Assembly: GCF_006345805.1 (NCBI RefSeq)
Contig: NC_043005.1
Span: 47,802,001-47,866,000 of the forward strand
Direction: 5' to 3'
From: Octopus sinensis
Taxonomy: Eukaryota
Length of the DNA: 64,000 nt
Below the pieces are notes generated by a model, which was given only the letters and a program-made list of their open reading frames with translations, was not told where the DNA came from and ran no database searches. This document shows positions 40,652 to 54,900 of this stretch, piece by piece. Every line of letters begins with the position of its first letter. Position 1 is the stretch's first letter. The translations under genes were made by a program, and so were the position numbers.

Positions 40652-40822
40652 CATATATATATACACACACATATCTATATATTATATAATATATGAATAT
40701 ATACATATATTACATATATATTATACATTATATATATAATATATATATACATATATATATATATATTATGTATATACATATATATAACATGTATATATAC
40801 ATATATAATACATATGTATATA

Positions 40823-40892
<70 letters not shown>

Positions 40893-40920
40893 ATATTATA
40901 TATATATATGTATATACATA

Positions 40921-41060
40921 CTAGCAATGTACCCCAGCATTGCCTGAGTGTTATGACCTACAGCCACATTGTATTATTTGTCCCGTTCTTATGAGCAGAA
41001 ACAGCACAGGAGAGGTACGAAGCAAACGCCTCTTCTTTATAAACATGTTTTTCAGTTATT
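40921..41060 (-). mobile_element. Possible Helitron 3' terminus remnant
   Basis: Minus strand ends CTCAGGCAATGCTGGGGTACATTGCTAG|T, a degenerate hairpin followed by CTAG. Confidence 0.4.
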
Positions 41061-41832
41061 TTCTGATGAACAACGCTGCAGATTACATCTACTAAATTCA
41101 ATCACAAGTTTGTGGTTAGCTTAGGGCTATAGTAGAAAACACAAGGTACCATGTAGAGAGACTGAACATGGAACCATGTGATTGCTAAGAAAACTTTTCA
41201 ACCACACAGTCATATGTGTGTTTACATTTGTTGTTAAATTGAGTCCCACTATGTCTCAAAGTTAGCAGTTCATCAACCAGAGATCTACAAAGTAAATGCC
41301 AGATTGAAATACATACTGAGGTCAGTATGATCAATTAAGTTTTTAAAGGTGATACCCCATCATGGTGACAGTTGAAAGACTAAGCCCAGTAAAATAAAGT
41401 TTAAAGACTCAATGGCTTCAAATTTAAGATAATGGATTACTAACCACAAGATAATGAGTTCAAAACTTCATATTGCACTTACACTCTATACGATAACAGT
41501 ATATGCCCATCTCAGTCTATTTGACTTCCAACAATTAACAATTGTAATTGGAAGTTGAATGGTTAGCACTAAGAATGATGTCCAGATTTCTTTAAAAATT
41601 ATTGTACAAAATATTCTAAGAAAACATATTTTTTTACTACAGCAAAACACACACACACAGAGGTGTGTCTGTGGTAACTTGAGCTACTACAAATAGCAAT
41701 GAAATCTGTCTTAAAACATGCCCTTTCATCAAAAGAAAAACAGATTTACAGTATTTCAGCTATGAATCTGCTATATCAGTGGCAACTCTGGGCTAAACAA
41801 AACACTGGTAAACATACTTCACATTAAATAAT

Positions 41833-42088
41833 CTCTCTATCTATCCGCTGAGTCGAAGTCGACTCTCGGTTACTCGTTGGATCAGTGTCCTCCAGTCAGT
41901 TCTATCCTGGGCCGCTTCCTTCAGATTGGCTATGTCCATTCCGGTATCACTCTTGATGGTGTCAAGCCAGCAGGTTCTTCGTCGGCCTCTTCCTCTCTTG
42001 CCACTGACCATTCCGAGCATGATGTCCTTCTCCAGGGACTTTCTCCGCATAATATGACCGAAATATGCCAATCTATGCTTGGTGATTC
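41833..42088 (-). mobile_element. 5'-truncated RTE (BovB-like) LINE insertion with an open frame
   Basis: RLAYFGHIMRRKSLEKDIMLGMVSGKRGRGRRRTCWLDTIK...AQDRTDWR. TAAATAAT at 41825-41832 and 42089-42096. GATA-type tail. Confidence 0.88.
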
Positions 42089-42433
42089 TAAATAATACTA
42101 ATAAATAATACATGTTAAGATATTATCAACACATAGAGCAGACATAACACTCAAACAGATTACAGAGGTCACACTCATAGTAGTAGATAGACTGAACCTT
42201 AACAGAAAATATGAGTGGAATAGCATTCCTCCACTCTACCACACTATGCAACCTGATGACTAAAGAAATAATGATAAGAGGAAAAACACAGATACAAATT
42301 TTATATTACACTAACCCATATATACACACAAAACACACATACACATACTAAAGAAGAATGAGAATGAAGAAAAAATAAATAAATAAAAGACACAGGTACA
42401 AACAGTGTAATAAGCAAACAGTGTAATTTATAG

Positions 42434-42473
<40 letters not shown>

Positions 42474-42939
42474 AAACACACATATTAATCGCACACACAC
42501 ACACAGATACAGATGCAAATGCATGTACAGTTATGGATACATAACAAAGAAAGACAAAATGGAATAAGCAGGACAAGGGCATCCAGCTGTAAAAACCATA
42601 CCAAACTGGCCTTGCCTGTGTGACTGCCACGTAAAAAGCACTCAGCCAACTCTACAGGAAGGGCATCCAGTCTTAAAAAAGTGCCAAAACACTCTCAGAA
42701 GCATGGCACAGTGTTCCGACTGGCTAGCTCCTGTCAAATCATCCAATCCATGCCAGCATGGAAAGAGGACGGTAATCAATGATAATGAAGAGGAGACACA
42801 TAGGATACATAGGCATTGAAGAGGTCACAGGATGTATGACAAAAGAATTTTGACAAAAAATTAAAATAATAATAACAAGAGCATGTAGAGAGTGCAAGAC
42901 TCTGCCAGGGCAACACCAACGTCCTCTCAATGATTAGCC

Positions 42940-43240
42940 AGAGATAATTTTTGAAATGAGAATATCTGAAATAAACTCAACTGCTCTCACAAATGAGAAT
43001 ACTAAAAATGAACCCGATCACTCTTAAAATTAAGTAAATAAACTGGAAAAATAATCCAGAATCCTTGTCCGGTACTGGATCAATCCCCAAATCTAATCAG
43101 TTTGTGTCAGTTACAAGACCAAACATCCCTGAAAGTTTCATCCAAATCCACCCAGCACTTCTTGAGATATCTTGTCCACAGACAAACAAACAAACACAAC
43201 TGAAACAATACCTCCACCTTTGCTAAGGAGGAGGTAATAA
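42940..43240. mobile_element. Helentron-associated (HINE/DINE-1-like) element remnant
   Basis: AAGTTTCATCCAAATCC...GAGATATC...(ACAA)n...ACCTCC/GGAGGT terminal hairpin. Confidence 0.55.
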
Positions 43241-43419
43241 AGCTGAAGTGAAGACCAAATATATATATAGTGTGTGTGTGTGTGGATGTGTCTAGGTGGA
43301 AAATATGACCACCCCCAAGTAAAACAGTGTCTGTTTTAACACATGATTTCACATTATATATATATGTGCATAAAAAGAGAATAAGAGGGAGAGAGATAAT
43401 ATATGTGTGTGTACATATA

Positions 43420-43840
43420 TGGCAGTGTGTAAGATGTTTACTCCCAATCACATGATCTGGGGCTCAGTCCTACTGCATAATACCCTAAGTGTCATCTATT
43501 ATAGCTCCGGGACAACCAAAGTATTCATCATCATCATCATCATTGTTAGTGGATTATGTAGATGGAAACTGAAAGAAGCTCATTGTGCATACATATGTGT
43601 GTGAGTGTGTGTGTGTGTATGTGTGTGTGCACATATGTTTTTGTGTCTGTTCCCCACCACAGCTTGACGACTGGTGTTGGTTTGTTTATGTCCCTCTAAC
43701 TTAGCAGTTTGGCAAAGTGACCAATAGAATTAATAGCAGGCTTAAAAAATATGTACAGTAGTCAATTTATCTGAATAGACCTTTTTAAAATGGTGTCCCA
43801 GCATGGCCTCATCCAGTGATTAAAACAAGTAAAAGATAAA
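43420..43840 (+). mobile_element. SINE family A, old
   Basis: Diverged head, body and tail. Confidence 0.75.
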
Positions 43841-44177
43841 GATGTATATATGTGTGTTGTGTGTATGTGTGTGTGTACACATGTCTTTTCTGTTTTACTT
43901 GCTTTAGTCATTGGCCTGGGGCTATACTGGGGCCATATGTATACACATCATATAACAGTACGGTTCATAAGTGTCTGATGAATTCCCACTTTGCACTATT
44001 TATTCAACCATTGATAAGTTTACACAACCCTTATGTAATTTATAACACATAATCATCTTTATGTAATATGGTTCAAAGCCAAATAGTATAAAACAGATGT
44101 AACTCATATTAAACTCATGCTATATTGATATCTTCAATGTACTCCTTATCTTAAATGTTACTCTATATAATACTTAC

Positions 44178-44289
44178 CCTCTAGTTATTTCCATGATGCG
44201 TAAGTACCTGGGTTTTCTGCACCACTTGGACTTTCTTAAATACCAGTTTAGTCTTAATGGCATAGATAGTGCGAAGCTTGTATTCAGTA
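44178..44289 (-). CDS. Candidate 112-nt internal exon, unrecognised product
   Basis: CCTTATGTAG acceptor and GG|GTAAGT donor. Open frame LNTSFALSMPLRLNWYLRKSKWCRKPRYLRIMEITR. Confidence 0.2.
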
Positions 44290-44854
44290 CTACATAAGGA
44301 ATGCTTCAGGATATTACCCAATCCAAACTAGCATTATGTATGTATGTATGAATGCATGTATGTATTAATGTATGGATGAATGTATCTATGTATGTATGGA
44401 TGGATGGATGGATGCATGTATGCATGTATGCATGCATTATCTGCACATCATCCATATTAAATTGTTTGTATAACATAAAAACTCAAGCTTTTAGAACTAG
44501 CTGCAATATTAAGAATTTTAATTGCATAAAGTAATACCCCCATCTGTAGTAATCTCAGATATTTGTAGCAACCTTAGATATTTATTTATCACATTTTCTA
44601 GTATGACTATTAGCTATTAATTTTAAAGTACAGATTACATTGAAGACTCTCAGTATGCATAGGTGTGTAAAAGTGTGCTTTTGTGTGAACACATGTGTGT
44701 ATTCTTCTGTCTATGTGTGTATGCATATATACATATGCATATGTGACCATTTCTATGTATATACTACATGAATACATCCACATTTGTGTATGGGTATGTA
44801 TGAATATATAGCCGTGCATTCATGATAGGTGTGTGTATGTGTATTTGCATACAA

Positions 44855-44888
<34 letters not shown>

Positions 44889-44985
44889 GTATACATAAAC
44901 AACTTTTATATGAGTAAATGTAAATACATATGTGTGTGTGTGTATGCATGTATGTATCTATGTATGTATACATACAAATATTGGG

Positions 44986-45056
44986 TAGAAGAAGAAGAAG
45001 AAGAAGAAGAAGAAGAAGAAGAAGAAGAAGAAGAAGAAGAAGAAGAAGAAGAAGAA
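44986..45056. repeat. (GAA)n microsatellite
   Basis: Direct reading; source of the poly-E ORF. Confidence 0.95.
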
Positions 45057-45334
45057 TGTAGTAGTAGTCGTGGTGGTGGTGGTGGTGGTAGTTGGGTTGG
45101 GTTGAGTTGGGGGTGGTACTAGTGCTGTTGGTGCCGGTGAAGAGCCTAATTATTCAGATACTAAATTTCTCTTGTAACTCTTATGTAATATAGCATTCTG
45201 CATGCTGTACAATTCTTAAACTCATTTTATGATATATTCATAGAACTTGGTACCACCAGGAATTTACAATTAGAATAATGAAAGTCTGCATCCTCATTAT
45301 TATCCTTATCATTACTATTTTCATAGTGTTATTT

Positions 45335-45892
45335 TCATCATCATCAGCATCATCATCATGATCATCATCATCATCACTGTCATCATCATCATCATCATAT
45401 TATTGTTGTTGCTCTTGTTCTTGCTGCTGTTGTCATAGTCGTTGTCATCATCATCATCATCATCATCATCATTATTTTTATTTTCTGAGTTCAAATCCCA
45501 CTGAAGTTGATTAGTCCACTGCCCAAAAAGTTCGGGGTTTGTTTACCTATTGTAGAAAGAGTTATTATTAGTCTCTGTATCATTCACCCTTGAGGCAAAT
45601 AAATGAAATCATCATCATCATCATCATCATTATTATTATTATTATTATTATTATTCTTATTCTTATTCTTCTTCTTCTTCTTATTATTATTATTATAATT
45701 ATTATTATTATTATCATCATTATTATAAATATTATTGTTGTTGTTGTTATTATTATTGTTATTATTAAGAGAGTAGCATATACCATCAAAGTGATGCTGG
45801 GTTGCAGTATCATCATCATCATCATCATAATCATCAGCATTATTATCATTATTATTATTACTATTGTTGTTGTTATTATTGCTATTATTATT
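45335..45892. repeat. Compound (CAT)/(TAT)/(TCT)/(TGT) trinucleotide field
   Basis: Direct reading; source of the poly-I/N/D ORFs. Confidence 0.9.
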
Positions 45893-46524
45893 TTCACTTC
45901 CTTGACTCCACCTCTGAGATGTCACGGCAAACTGTTTAGCTGTTGTCTATTGATGCAGTCAGTGTTATGTAACACAGATATCTGCCACCATTATCGTTAA
46001 CAAGCAGGTAGTATTTGGTCATCTAGTAGTGAATAGCCCTGCCTTTAATTTATGCTTCTAATCACACCTCACTTACATGGCTTCAGCCATATTGTATTTT
46101 CATTCCCTTACTTTCCAAATAATTTTCTCTTCGAGTTAATTTTAATTCATTTTATTAGATAGCTTTTACATTTCTGGAGTTTTTTTTCAGTTTTTTTTTC
46201 TCCATAATATTTCAAATTACTTATATCATGAACTCTTGTCTATATCTCTATCTATAGTTACCTATGCTGAATATATTTATTAATTTATTTCTATATTTGT
46301 CACAAATACCTCGACAAGTACTGTTATTGTAGTATGTTAACTAATGTAATTTGGTAGAAAAGCTAGTAGTAGTACCTTAGCACCTTAATACGTAGTGCTA
46401 CATGGGGGAAGCAGAGAGAAGAATCCTATTCAATATTTGAGATTTCTTCAAGTAGAATATTTGGTTTCTTGTAAATATTAATGTAATGCAAGCTACTAGC
46501 TCTTAATTTATATGTATACATACA

Positions 46525-46558
<34 letters not shown>

Positions 46559-46654
46559 GAGAGAGGGGGAGGTAGAAAGGGAGAGGGGGGGGGAGGACAC
46601 AGACAGACTGACAGATAGATAGATTGATAGAGATATACATCCAAACAAATATGT

Positions 46655-46792
46655 ATATATATATATATCACCTGTATTTACATTATATATATAACATATA
46701 TTCCATTATTATATATATATATATATATATATATATCTAATATATCACCCTATATTTACCATTATACTATATTAATACATATTACATGCATT

Positions 46793-46823
<31 letters not shown>

Positions 46824-46885
46824 CACACCTATATTTACATTATATATATAATACATATTACATGCATTATATATATATATATATA
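46655..46885. repeat. AT-rich minisatellite, about three copies of ATATCAC..TATTTACATTAT...ACATATT
   Basis: Copies begin near 46664, 46741 and 46820. Confidence 0.7.
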
Positions 46886-47604
46886 TATACATATATAAAT
46901 ATATATGTGTGTGTATGTGTATGTATACATACATATAAATATCGATATATCTGCCTATATATATAAATATACATATATACATACATGCTTACATTTGTAT
47001 GTATATAAATATATATATGTATATATGTGTTTATATATATATGTGTGTGTGTGTTTTATATATGAATGTATGTATATGTACAAATATATTCATATGTACA
47101 TATACATATTTATACATATAGAGACCACAGGAGGGATCCAGAGATGCTCAATATAGGACACACATAGTCGTGCTCAAATGATTTGAACTAGTACTCTGAA
47201 GTTTTGCAATATATAAGTATCTGTATGCTTATAGAAGGGCATTTCTCTTCTGTATATTTTTACCTTTTGTTTTTCTCTCTATATATATATCCCTATATAT
47301 ATATATATTCATATACATATATGTATGTATCTATATTTAATGTATGACGCTCACCTATGCTTACCTGCATCACTATTTCCAAGTTTATACACTCACACAC
47401 ACACAGATATCTGTCAGTATGTGCACCTATATATATGTGTGTATATATGTGACTAAATATGTATGTAGATAGGATAACTGGTTGTGATTGTTGAAAATGC
47501 ACCTGAATTTTAAAACATATTGTAGTTTTAAAATGCATTTTCAACTCCAAAATTTACTGTTACATTCTTTCCTACATAAGAATAAACTTCTTTTCTACAC
47601 ACAT

Positions 47605-47649
<45 letters not shown>

Positions 47650-47697
47650 TATATACATATATACATACATACATATATACATATATATGTATGTAGA

Positions 47698-47897
47698 AAT
47701 GAGTTGCGACGTCACTGGTGCCAAGCTGTATCGACCTTTGTCTTTCCCTTGGATAACACTGATGGCGTGGAGAGGGGAGGCTGGTATGCATGGGCGACTG
47801 CTGGTCTTCCATAAACAACCTTGCCCGGACTTGTGTCTAGGAGGGTAACTTTCTAGGTGCAATCCCATGGTCATTCATGACCGAAGGGGGTCTTTAC

Positions 47898-47900
<3 letters not shown>
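47698..47900 (+). mobile_element. GC-rich interspersed repeat, unclassified (SINE body or LINE UTR)
   Basis: GC-rich block between TA microsatellites. A GGTAACTTTC motif recurs at 23833. Confidence 0.5.
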
Positions 47901-47932
<32 letters not shown>

Positions 47933-47964
47933 AATATGTATATATATTCATATATATATATACA

Positions 47965-48345
47965 CACATATTCTTTTATTCTTTTACTTGTTTCAGTCAT
48001 TTGACTGTGACTATGCTGGAGCACCACCTTTTAGTCAAGCAAATCGACTCCAGGACTTATTCTTTGTAAGCTTAGTACTTATTCTATCGATCTCTTTTGC
48101 TGAACTGCTAAGTTACAGGGATGTAAACACACCAATATTGGTTATCAAGCGATGTTGGGTGACAAACAGATATACAAATACATACATACATACATATATA
48201 CATACATACATATATATCTATATATATATATATTATACGATGAACTTCTTTCAGTTTCCATCTACCAAATCCACTCTCAAGGCTTTGGTCAGCCCAAGGC
48301 TATAATAGAAGACATTTACCCAAGGTGCCATGCACAGGGACTGAA
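47965..48345 (-). mobile_element. SINE family A
   Basis: Tail to partial head. Confidence 0.85.
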
Positions 48346-49282
48346 CCCAAAACATATATATATATATATATATATGTTTATGTTGTCTGTCTCTATATCT
48401 ATATTTACATATTTATTCAGTAATGAATTGAATTTTTTCAAAGGCAGTGATTTACCAATGCATAGATATGGAAAACAACTAGCAAAGTTTCTTTTCTTCT
48501 CATCTAATTATAATTGAACTTAGAAATTTCAATATATTTGTAATTATGTAATTTTAATACATTACATATGAAACTCTTTTATCACCTTATGCCAATTCAA
48601 AATTAAATATATACATATATGTACACACACATACACTCACAAACACACATATACACACACACATGCATACACATATATATGTATATATATATACATACAT
48701 ATATATTTATATATAAATATGTATGTATATGTATATATACATATATATATTCACACACATACACATACATATGTATATATGTATGAATGCATTTATATAT
48801 GTTTATATACACACAGACGCACACACAAATATATGTATACATGTATGTATGTTTAAATATGTATATATACACATTCATACCTATGTACGTAATAATTAGT
48901 AATGGCCCTTATATTTTGTGTTCAAATCCTACCCAAATAAAATTTCATTTTCATTCTTCAGAGTTCATAGAATAAAGTACTTACCAGAATCTGAGATCAG
49001 GTTTATTGACTGAACCATCTCCCTCTCAAAATTCCTGGCCTTGTGCCCCCATCAGAAACCATTATTATTATTGAACCAGCAGAATTACAAGGACATCAGG
49101 AAAAAATATTTTATAGTATTCGTTCCATCTATATACATCCTGAGCTCTAATTCTGGAGAAGTCATCTTTGACTTTCATCCTTTAAGTGTTGATAAAAGAA
49201 ATTACCAGTATTTAGTGGTTGTTCGTATTTGGCAGTTAATAGTATTGATTCCATATTGTAGGCCTTATGCCTAAATCAGAAA

Positions 49283-49540
<258 letters not shown>

Positions 49541-49542
49541 AT

Positions 49543-49745
49543 GTGAGGACGCATGGCCTAATGGTTAGTGTGCTGCACTCCCAGTTGTGGGATCCTTGTT
49601 TCAGTTCCAAGTCTGGGTGGTGCATTGTGCTCTTGAGCAAAACACTTCATCTCACATTGCTCTGCAATTGCTTTGATACCTGATGTATGGTACACCATAC
49701 ACCTGTTCAGGTAACATCAATTTGATGAGCTTGATATATGGCACA
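49543..49745 (+). mobile_element. SINE family C, diverged
   Basis: CATGGCCTAATGGTTAG head, TTGAGCAAAACACTTCAT core. Confidence 0.65.
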
Positions 49746-49834
49746 TACATTTGATCACTATATACAAATCATTTGTGTAGGTCATTTGACAAAAGTTGAA
49801 TGCTCATATGTTGTCTTCGACAGGAGAGTCTATT

Positions 49835-49866
<32 letters not shown>

Positions 49867-49935
49867 TATTATTATTTTCTCTTTATCACAAGTTTTGTTG
49901 GAGATCCTGGAGTCTTGCATGCATAGCAGGCTTTA

Positions 49936-50094
49936 CTACCTGCAGCCTACAGTACCATACTTTTCGACTATACCAGGGAGGCAAATCTTTTGTAACAGCT
50001 CTACTGGGCACTCTATTCCAATTTCCTTTATAATCCTCTTGATGCCTTCTAATACTGTTCCCAATGACCCAACAATAATTGGCGCTATCTTCAC

Positions 50095-50095
<1 letters not shown>
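49936..50095 (-). mobile_element. R4/Dong-type LINE 3' end remnant
   Basis: VKIAPIIVGSLGTVLEGIKRIIKEIGIECPVELLQKICL matches the RLE-clade C-terminal pattern (PIIVGSLG...LQK.CL). Confidence 0.75.
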
Positions 50096-50132
<37 letters not shown>

Positions 50133-50144
50133 TATTATTATTAT

Positions 50145-50610
50145 TGAGTGAGAGAGCAGCGCATGCCATCAAAGTGACACTGGGGTAAAATATACGAAGC
50201 CCAGTATACCTATCATGACTACTCATCCGATAAGGGTACACTAGGCACATGCATCACAACAATATGTGCGTGACATGGTGATCTCATATCAAGATAAACA
50301 GCATATGACCTTGCAGGTGGGGCCCAGTTAGAATTTTCTTCTTGTCGAGTGACCCATCCCACTCAAAAGGTCCCTGAATAAGGGTTGTTTAAGGATGTTG
50401 AGCAAAACACCCATGTTTCCAGAGGTGAATTATTCAAACCCCAAAGAATCCATTTCAACACATGGCTATGATGCTTCCCCACTACTTCTGTTTGTGATCA
50501 GAGATGCACATATCGTCAGCCACTAAGGGACACGCTCAACTGGTTAAGGTCAAACAACTGACAAGCAAATCTGTGGTATTGAACAGAATATTTGCTGTAG
50601 CCCATCTTTT
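50145..50610. mobile_element. Unclassified ~470-bp interspersed repeat
   Basis: Its start AGAGAG.AGC..A.GCCATCAAAGTGA recurs at ~45768. Confidence 0.5.
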
Positions 50611-50814
50611 ATTATTATTCGCAATCTAGACTAGGGTCTGAAAGTTCACCACACTATAGTCGGTTACACCATGGTTCCTCTGCTTTGTGGCAGAAGTAGG
50701 AAGAAAGAGTGAGAGAAAGTTGTGGTGAAAGAGTACAGTGGGGTTCAAACCAAAACCCCCACCCTGCCAGAGCCTCATGGAGCTCAGGTGTTTTTGCTCA
50801 ATGGCTGCTGCTGC

Positions 50815-50845
<31 letters not shown>

Positions 50846-51439
50846 GATGTTAAGACAGTGACTTGGTAAAATCATTAGTGCATTAGACAAAATACTAAGC
50901 AACATTTCTTCCAACTTTTACTTTATAAGTTCATCATTGCTCAAACTGATAGAGTTACCAGACAAATCTCCTTATGCACACTTCACCATTTCAAGAAGAT
51001 ATACTGGACAATATGGTCCTGGTTTCCCTGCACTTGAGAAAAAGATGGGCAGGACAAGGTTGGAATACTTTGGTCATGGGTCTTTGCTCAATCAGAGATA
51101 ACCAGGATCTAAGTAACAAAAGTATCACCTTCAGCTATGATGCAGTTCTGACACAGGTAGATTTTTTTTTTTCAGTGGGTGATGTGGATCTTAGCAGTGT
51201 AACCAAAAATGTTACTGTTGCCTACAGCAATATTTAGAATCAGTTACAATGAGAAAAAGCCTCTGTTCAGTCACAGCTAGAAATAGCCATGAAATCTCTT
51301 CTTAAATAATATATTGCAATCTTAAAAGGGAAAGAATACTTTAGATATAATACATGCTTGAGTACATTATGTCTGAAAAATAAGACCCACTCGTTACAGC
51401 TTTTGTCCTGACAATGAACCAACCAACAACCTTTGTCAA

Positions 51440-51660
51440 ACTTTGTGGGCAAATGCTGACTGAGATGGCTGGGTCATATAATATGACTTCCACAGGAAAG
51501 ACTCACCAACCAAGCCCCTCGGTGTAAAACTGATGGGAAGAGACGGAGAAAACACCCAAAGATGAATTGGTACCAAACAACATGCAGCTGATTGACAGAA
51601 CATGTAATGATGTAATGATGCATTGAGAGAAGTGGAGAATGATTGTCACAGGTTTTCTTT
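51440..51660 (+). mobile_element. Old RTE 3' remnant
   Basis: WLGHII.LPQERLTNQA...GKRRRKTPKMNW. Confidence 0.6.
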
Positions 51661-51834
51661 GACTCTCTCGTGTTTTTCACAACATGGGAGCTTCTAAGTC
51701 GAAGTAGGTCTCAGCTGCATGTTTATAATAATAAGTCTACTCAATCAAAGTTGACTTGGGGCTAAACAACAACTTACTTAGAATTAAGTGAGTCTGATCC
51801 TTGAAAACTTAATGCCCTGGCATAACTATCTCTT

Positions 51835-52442
51835 ATCTGTCTTTTACTTGTCTCGATCATTAGACTGTGGCCATGCCAAATGAATTAACTCCAGTATTTG
51901 TCATTTCTTTTTTGAAGCCTGGTACTTATTCCATTGATTTCTTTTTGACAAAATTATGAGGATGTAAACACACCAACTCCAGTTGTCAAACAGTAGTGGG
52001 GAACAAACACACACACACACATATATACAATGGGTTTCTTTCAGTTTCTTATTTCTTATTTCTTTATTGCCCACATGGGGCTAAACATAGAGGGGACAAA
52101 CAAGGACAGACAAAGGGATTAAGTTGATTACATCGACCCCAGTGTGTAACTGGTACTTTATTTATCGACCCCAAAAGGATGAAAGGCAAAGTCAACCCCG
52201 GCAGAATTTGAACTCAGAACATAATGGCAGACGAAATGCTGCTAAGCATTTTGCCAGGCATGCTAATGTTTCTGCCAGCTCACCACCTTTTTCTTTCAGT
52301 TTCTGTCTACCAAATTCACTCATAAAACTTTGGTCAGCCTAGGGCTATAGCAGAAAACACTTACAAAGGTGCCATGCAGTGAGACTTAACCCAGAACCAT
52401 GTTTTTGGAAAGCAAACTTATTACCACACAGCCATGCCTGTG
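51835..52442 (-). mobile_element. SINE A with nested SINE B (52055-52290)
   Basis: TTTCTTTCAGTTTC is duplicated at ~52035 and ~52291 around SINE B. Confidence 0.8.
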
Positions 52443-53949
52443 CCTATTAAATAAGTTGTTAAATATATATATATTTTTTTTTATGTATACAGGAAGCCTT
52501 GTTCGAATAGAATTTTCATTAGCAAATAAACATTGCAACAGCAGCTGCAGTAAAATTAATCCTAGAACAGAGAAGGTCATTAGCTGATATACCTGGATAT
52601 AGTGTCTTCAATTTTAATTAAAGAACACCTTGTTACTTGAAGCCTTTTTACTGAAGAATTGTAAGACTTAATAAGGCTCTCAGCAATTGCCATTTTTGTT
52701 TGTAACTAGGAAAGAAAATTATCAGTCCTGAAGAAAAATTTAATAACCACTTGTTAACATGAGTGCACCGGCTTTGAATATTTGAATATTTGAATATTTC
52801 TCTATAAAATTTTAGAACAATGCTAATTTCTCGATTATTATATGAGAACAGTGAACATTTTCAACTAGACTAGTAAAGGCTCTAAGCATAATATTAGAAT
52901 AAGAGAGAAATATTCATTTTATAATAATTATTTCTTACATGGACTAAAACTTTTAGATTTATATGGAATGGAAAATAGGAACACATGACATTTATGTCAT
53001 TCTCAAGGGCATTAGCTACACAAAGGAAATAAAATTGGTACAGTTTGGAATGAAAACTAAATCAGTGAGTTAGCTTCTTGGTAACTAATCACTGTTCTAT
53101 ACTGATTCAAATATTTTATTTTCCAAGATTGAAGACATAACATACAAAATATAATTATCTGAGAAATGACACTGAAATTATAAGATTATTTTATTATATT
53201 TTGTAAGAGAGAGTGTTCCATTGGTGAAATCCTGAACTGTAAGACTTTGATAAATGATCAAAATTAGACTGTGAATGGAATGTTATATTTGTATATAACC
53301 ATCCAATCATTTCTGCAAGAAGTCTGCTTCAACTGAGCATGATTGCAGATAATCAGCAAAAACACATTAATAAAGATAAATATATATTTAACACATGTAT
53401 CAGTGTGATAAGTAGAATCAACTATTTGAACTTTCATGACTTACATGTAAAAGTGAGAGAGAGAGAGAGAGAGAGAGGAAGCTTTACATGGATCCTTGAT
53501 TTGCTAGAAATAGCAGCTAAATATCTCTTAAATCACAACATCTTCTTTTGAAAATGGAAGCTCATGGTGAACAATGTAATGTCTGATGTAAAAAGACAAT
53601 GACCGGTCATGGCTCAAATACCTTTGATCATAGGCTTGCTCAATCAAGGTTTGCCTGATACTAATCAATGATGATAACTGGATGATCAATGTCAGTTAAT
53701 TTCAGAGGTAAGAACAGTAGTTGCAATAATAATGCAGTTCCAAGGGGCATTTTAATGAAAATAAAGTGAAATAGCTATAACAAGGCATCACAACAGTGTC
53801 AGCGATTCAATTCATTAGACGAACCTGCTTCCTGCATAATCTACAGCATTCTAGAGAGAAAAAGCATTAAAGTGTTGGGAAGAAAAGAAGGAAGGAATAA
53901 CAGGAAGTAATGTGAAATAAGTTATGTATAATGTGATATTTAATATTTG

Positions 53950-54350
53950 CATATTCTTTTACTTGTTTTAGTTGTTTGACTGCAGCCATGCTGGAGCACC
54001 AACTTAAAGGGCTTTAGTTGAAGAAATTGACCCCAGGACTTATTTTTTGTAAGCCTTGTTAGTACTTATTCTATCGGTCTCTTTTGCCAACCCACTAGTT
54101 TACAGGGACATAAACACACCAGCATCGGTTGTCAAGCAACGGCTTGAGGAGGGGACAAGCACACACACACAGAGATACATATATATACAGCAAGCTTCTT
54201 TCAGTTTATGTCTACCAAATCCACTCACAAGGCTTTGGTCAGCCCGAGGCTATAGTAGAAGACACTTTCCCAAGGTGCCACACAGTGGGACTGAACTTGG
54301 AGCCATGTGGTTGGGAAGCAAGCTTCTTACCACACAGCCACACCTGTGCC
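53950..54350 (-). mobile_element. SINE family A
   Basis: Full length. Confidence 0.88.
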
Positions 54351-54480
54351 TGTGCATTTTTACAACTTCATATCAATTTTCTATTCAGCCTTTTGTCTCA
54401 AATCATTTAAATATTTAGACATTTCCATTTAATTAAACATTTTTATATATGTTTTTTCTCCCCACCTCCCATAAAAAATA

Positions 54481-54900
54481 GGTGCAGGTGTGGTAAGAAG
54501 CTTGCTTCCCAACCACGTGGTTCCTGATTCAGTTACACTGCATGGCACCTTGAGCAAGTGTCTTTTACTGTAGCCTTGAGCCAACCAAAGCCTTGTGCGT
54601 GGATTTAGTAGATAGAAACTGAAAGAAACCCGCTGTTTCTATATGTCTATATCTGTATCTGTGTGTGTGTCTTTGTGTTTGTGTTTTCCCCCCAACCATC
54701 ACTCAACAACCAATGTTAGTGTGTTTACATCCCCATAATCTAGTGATCCAGCAAAGGAGGATGATAGAATAAGTAGTAGACTTACAAATAATAAGTCCTG
54801 GGGTCAGTTTCTTAGGCTAAAACCCTTTATGGTGGTGCTCCAGCATAGCCACAGTCAAATGGCTGAAACAAGAAAAAGTGCAAAAGAATAAAAGAATAAA
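54481..54900 (+). mobile_element. SINE family A
   Basis: Full length; inverted relative to the copy 130 bp upstream. Confidence 0.88.

Noticed and set aside
47698-47900. Possible HDV-like ribozyme in a GC-rich repeat
   Set aside because: I could not identify the nested double-pseudoknot elements (P1.1, L3, J4/2).
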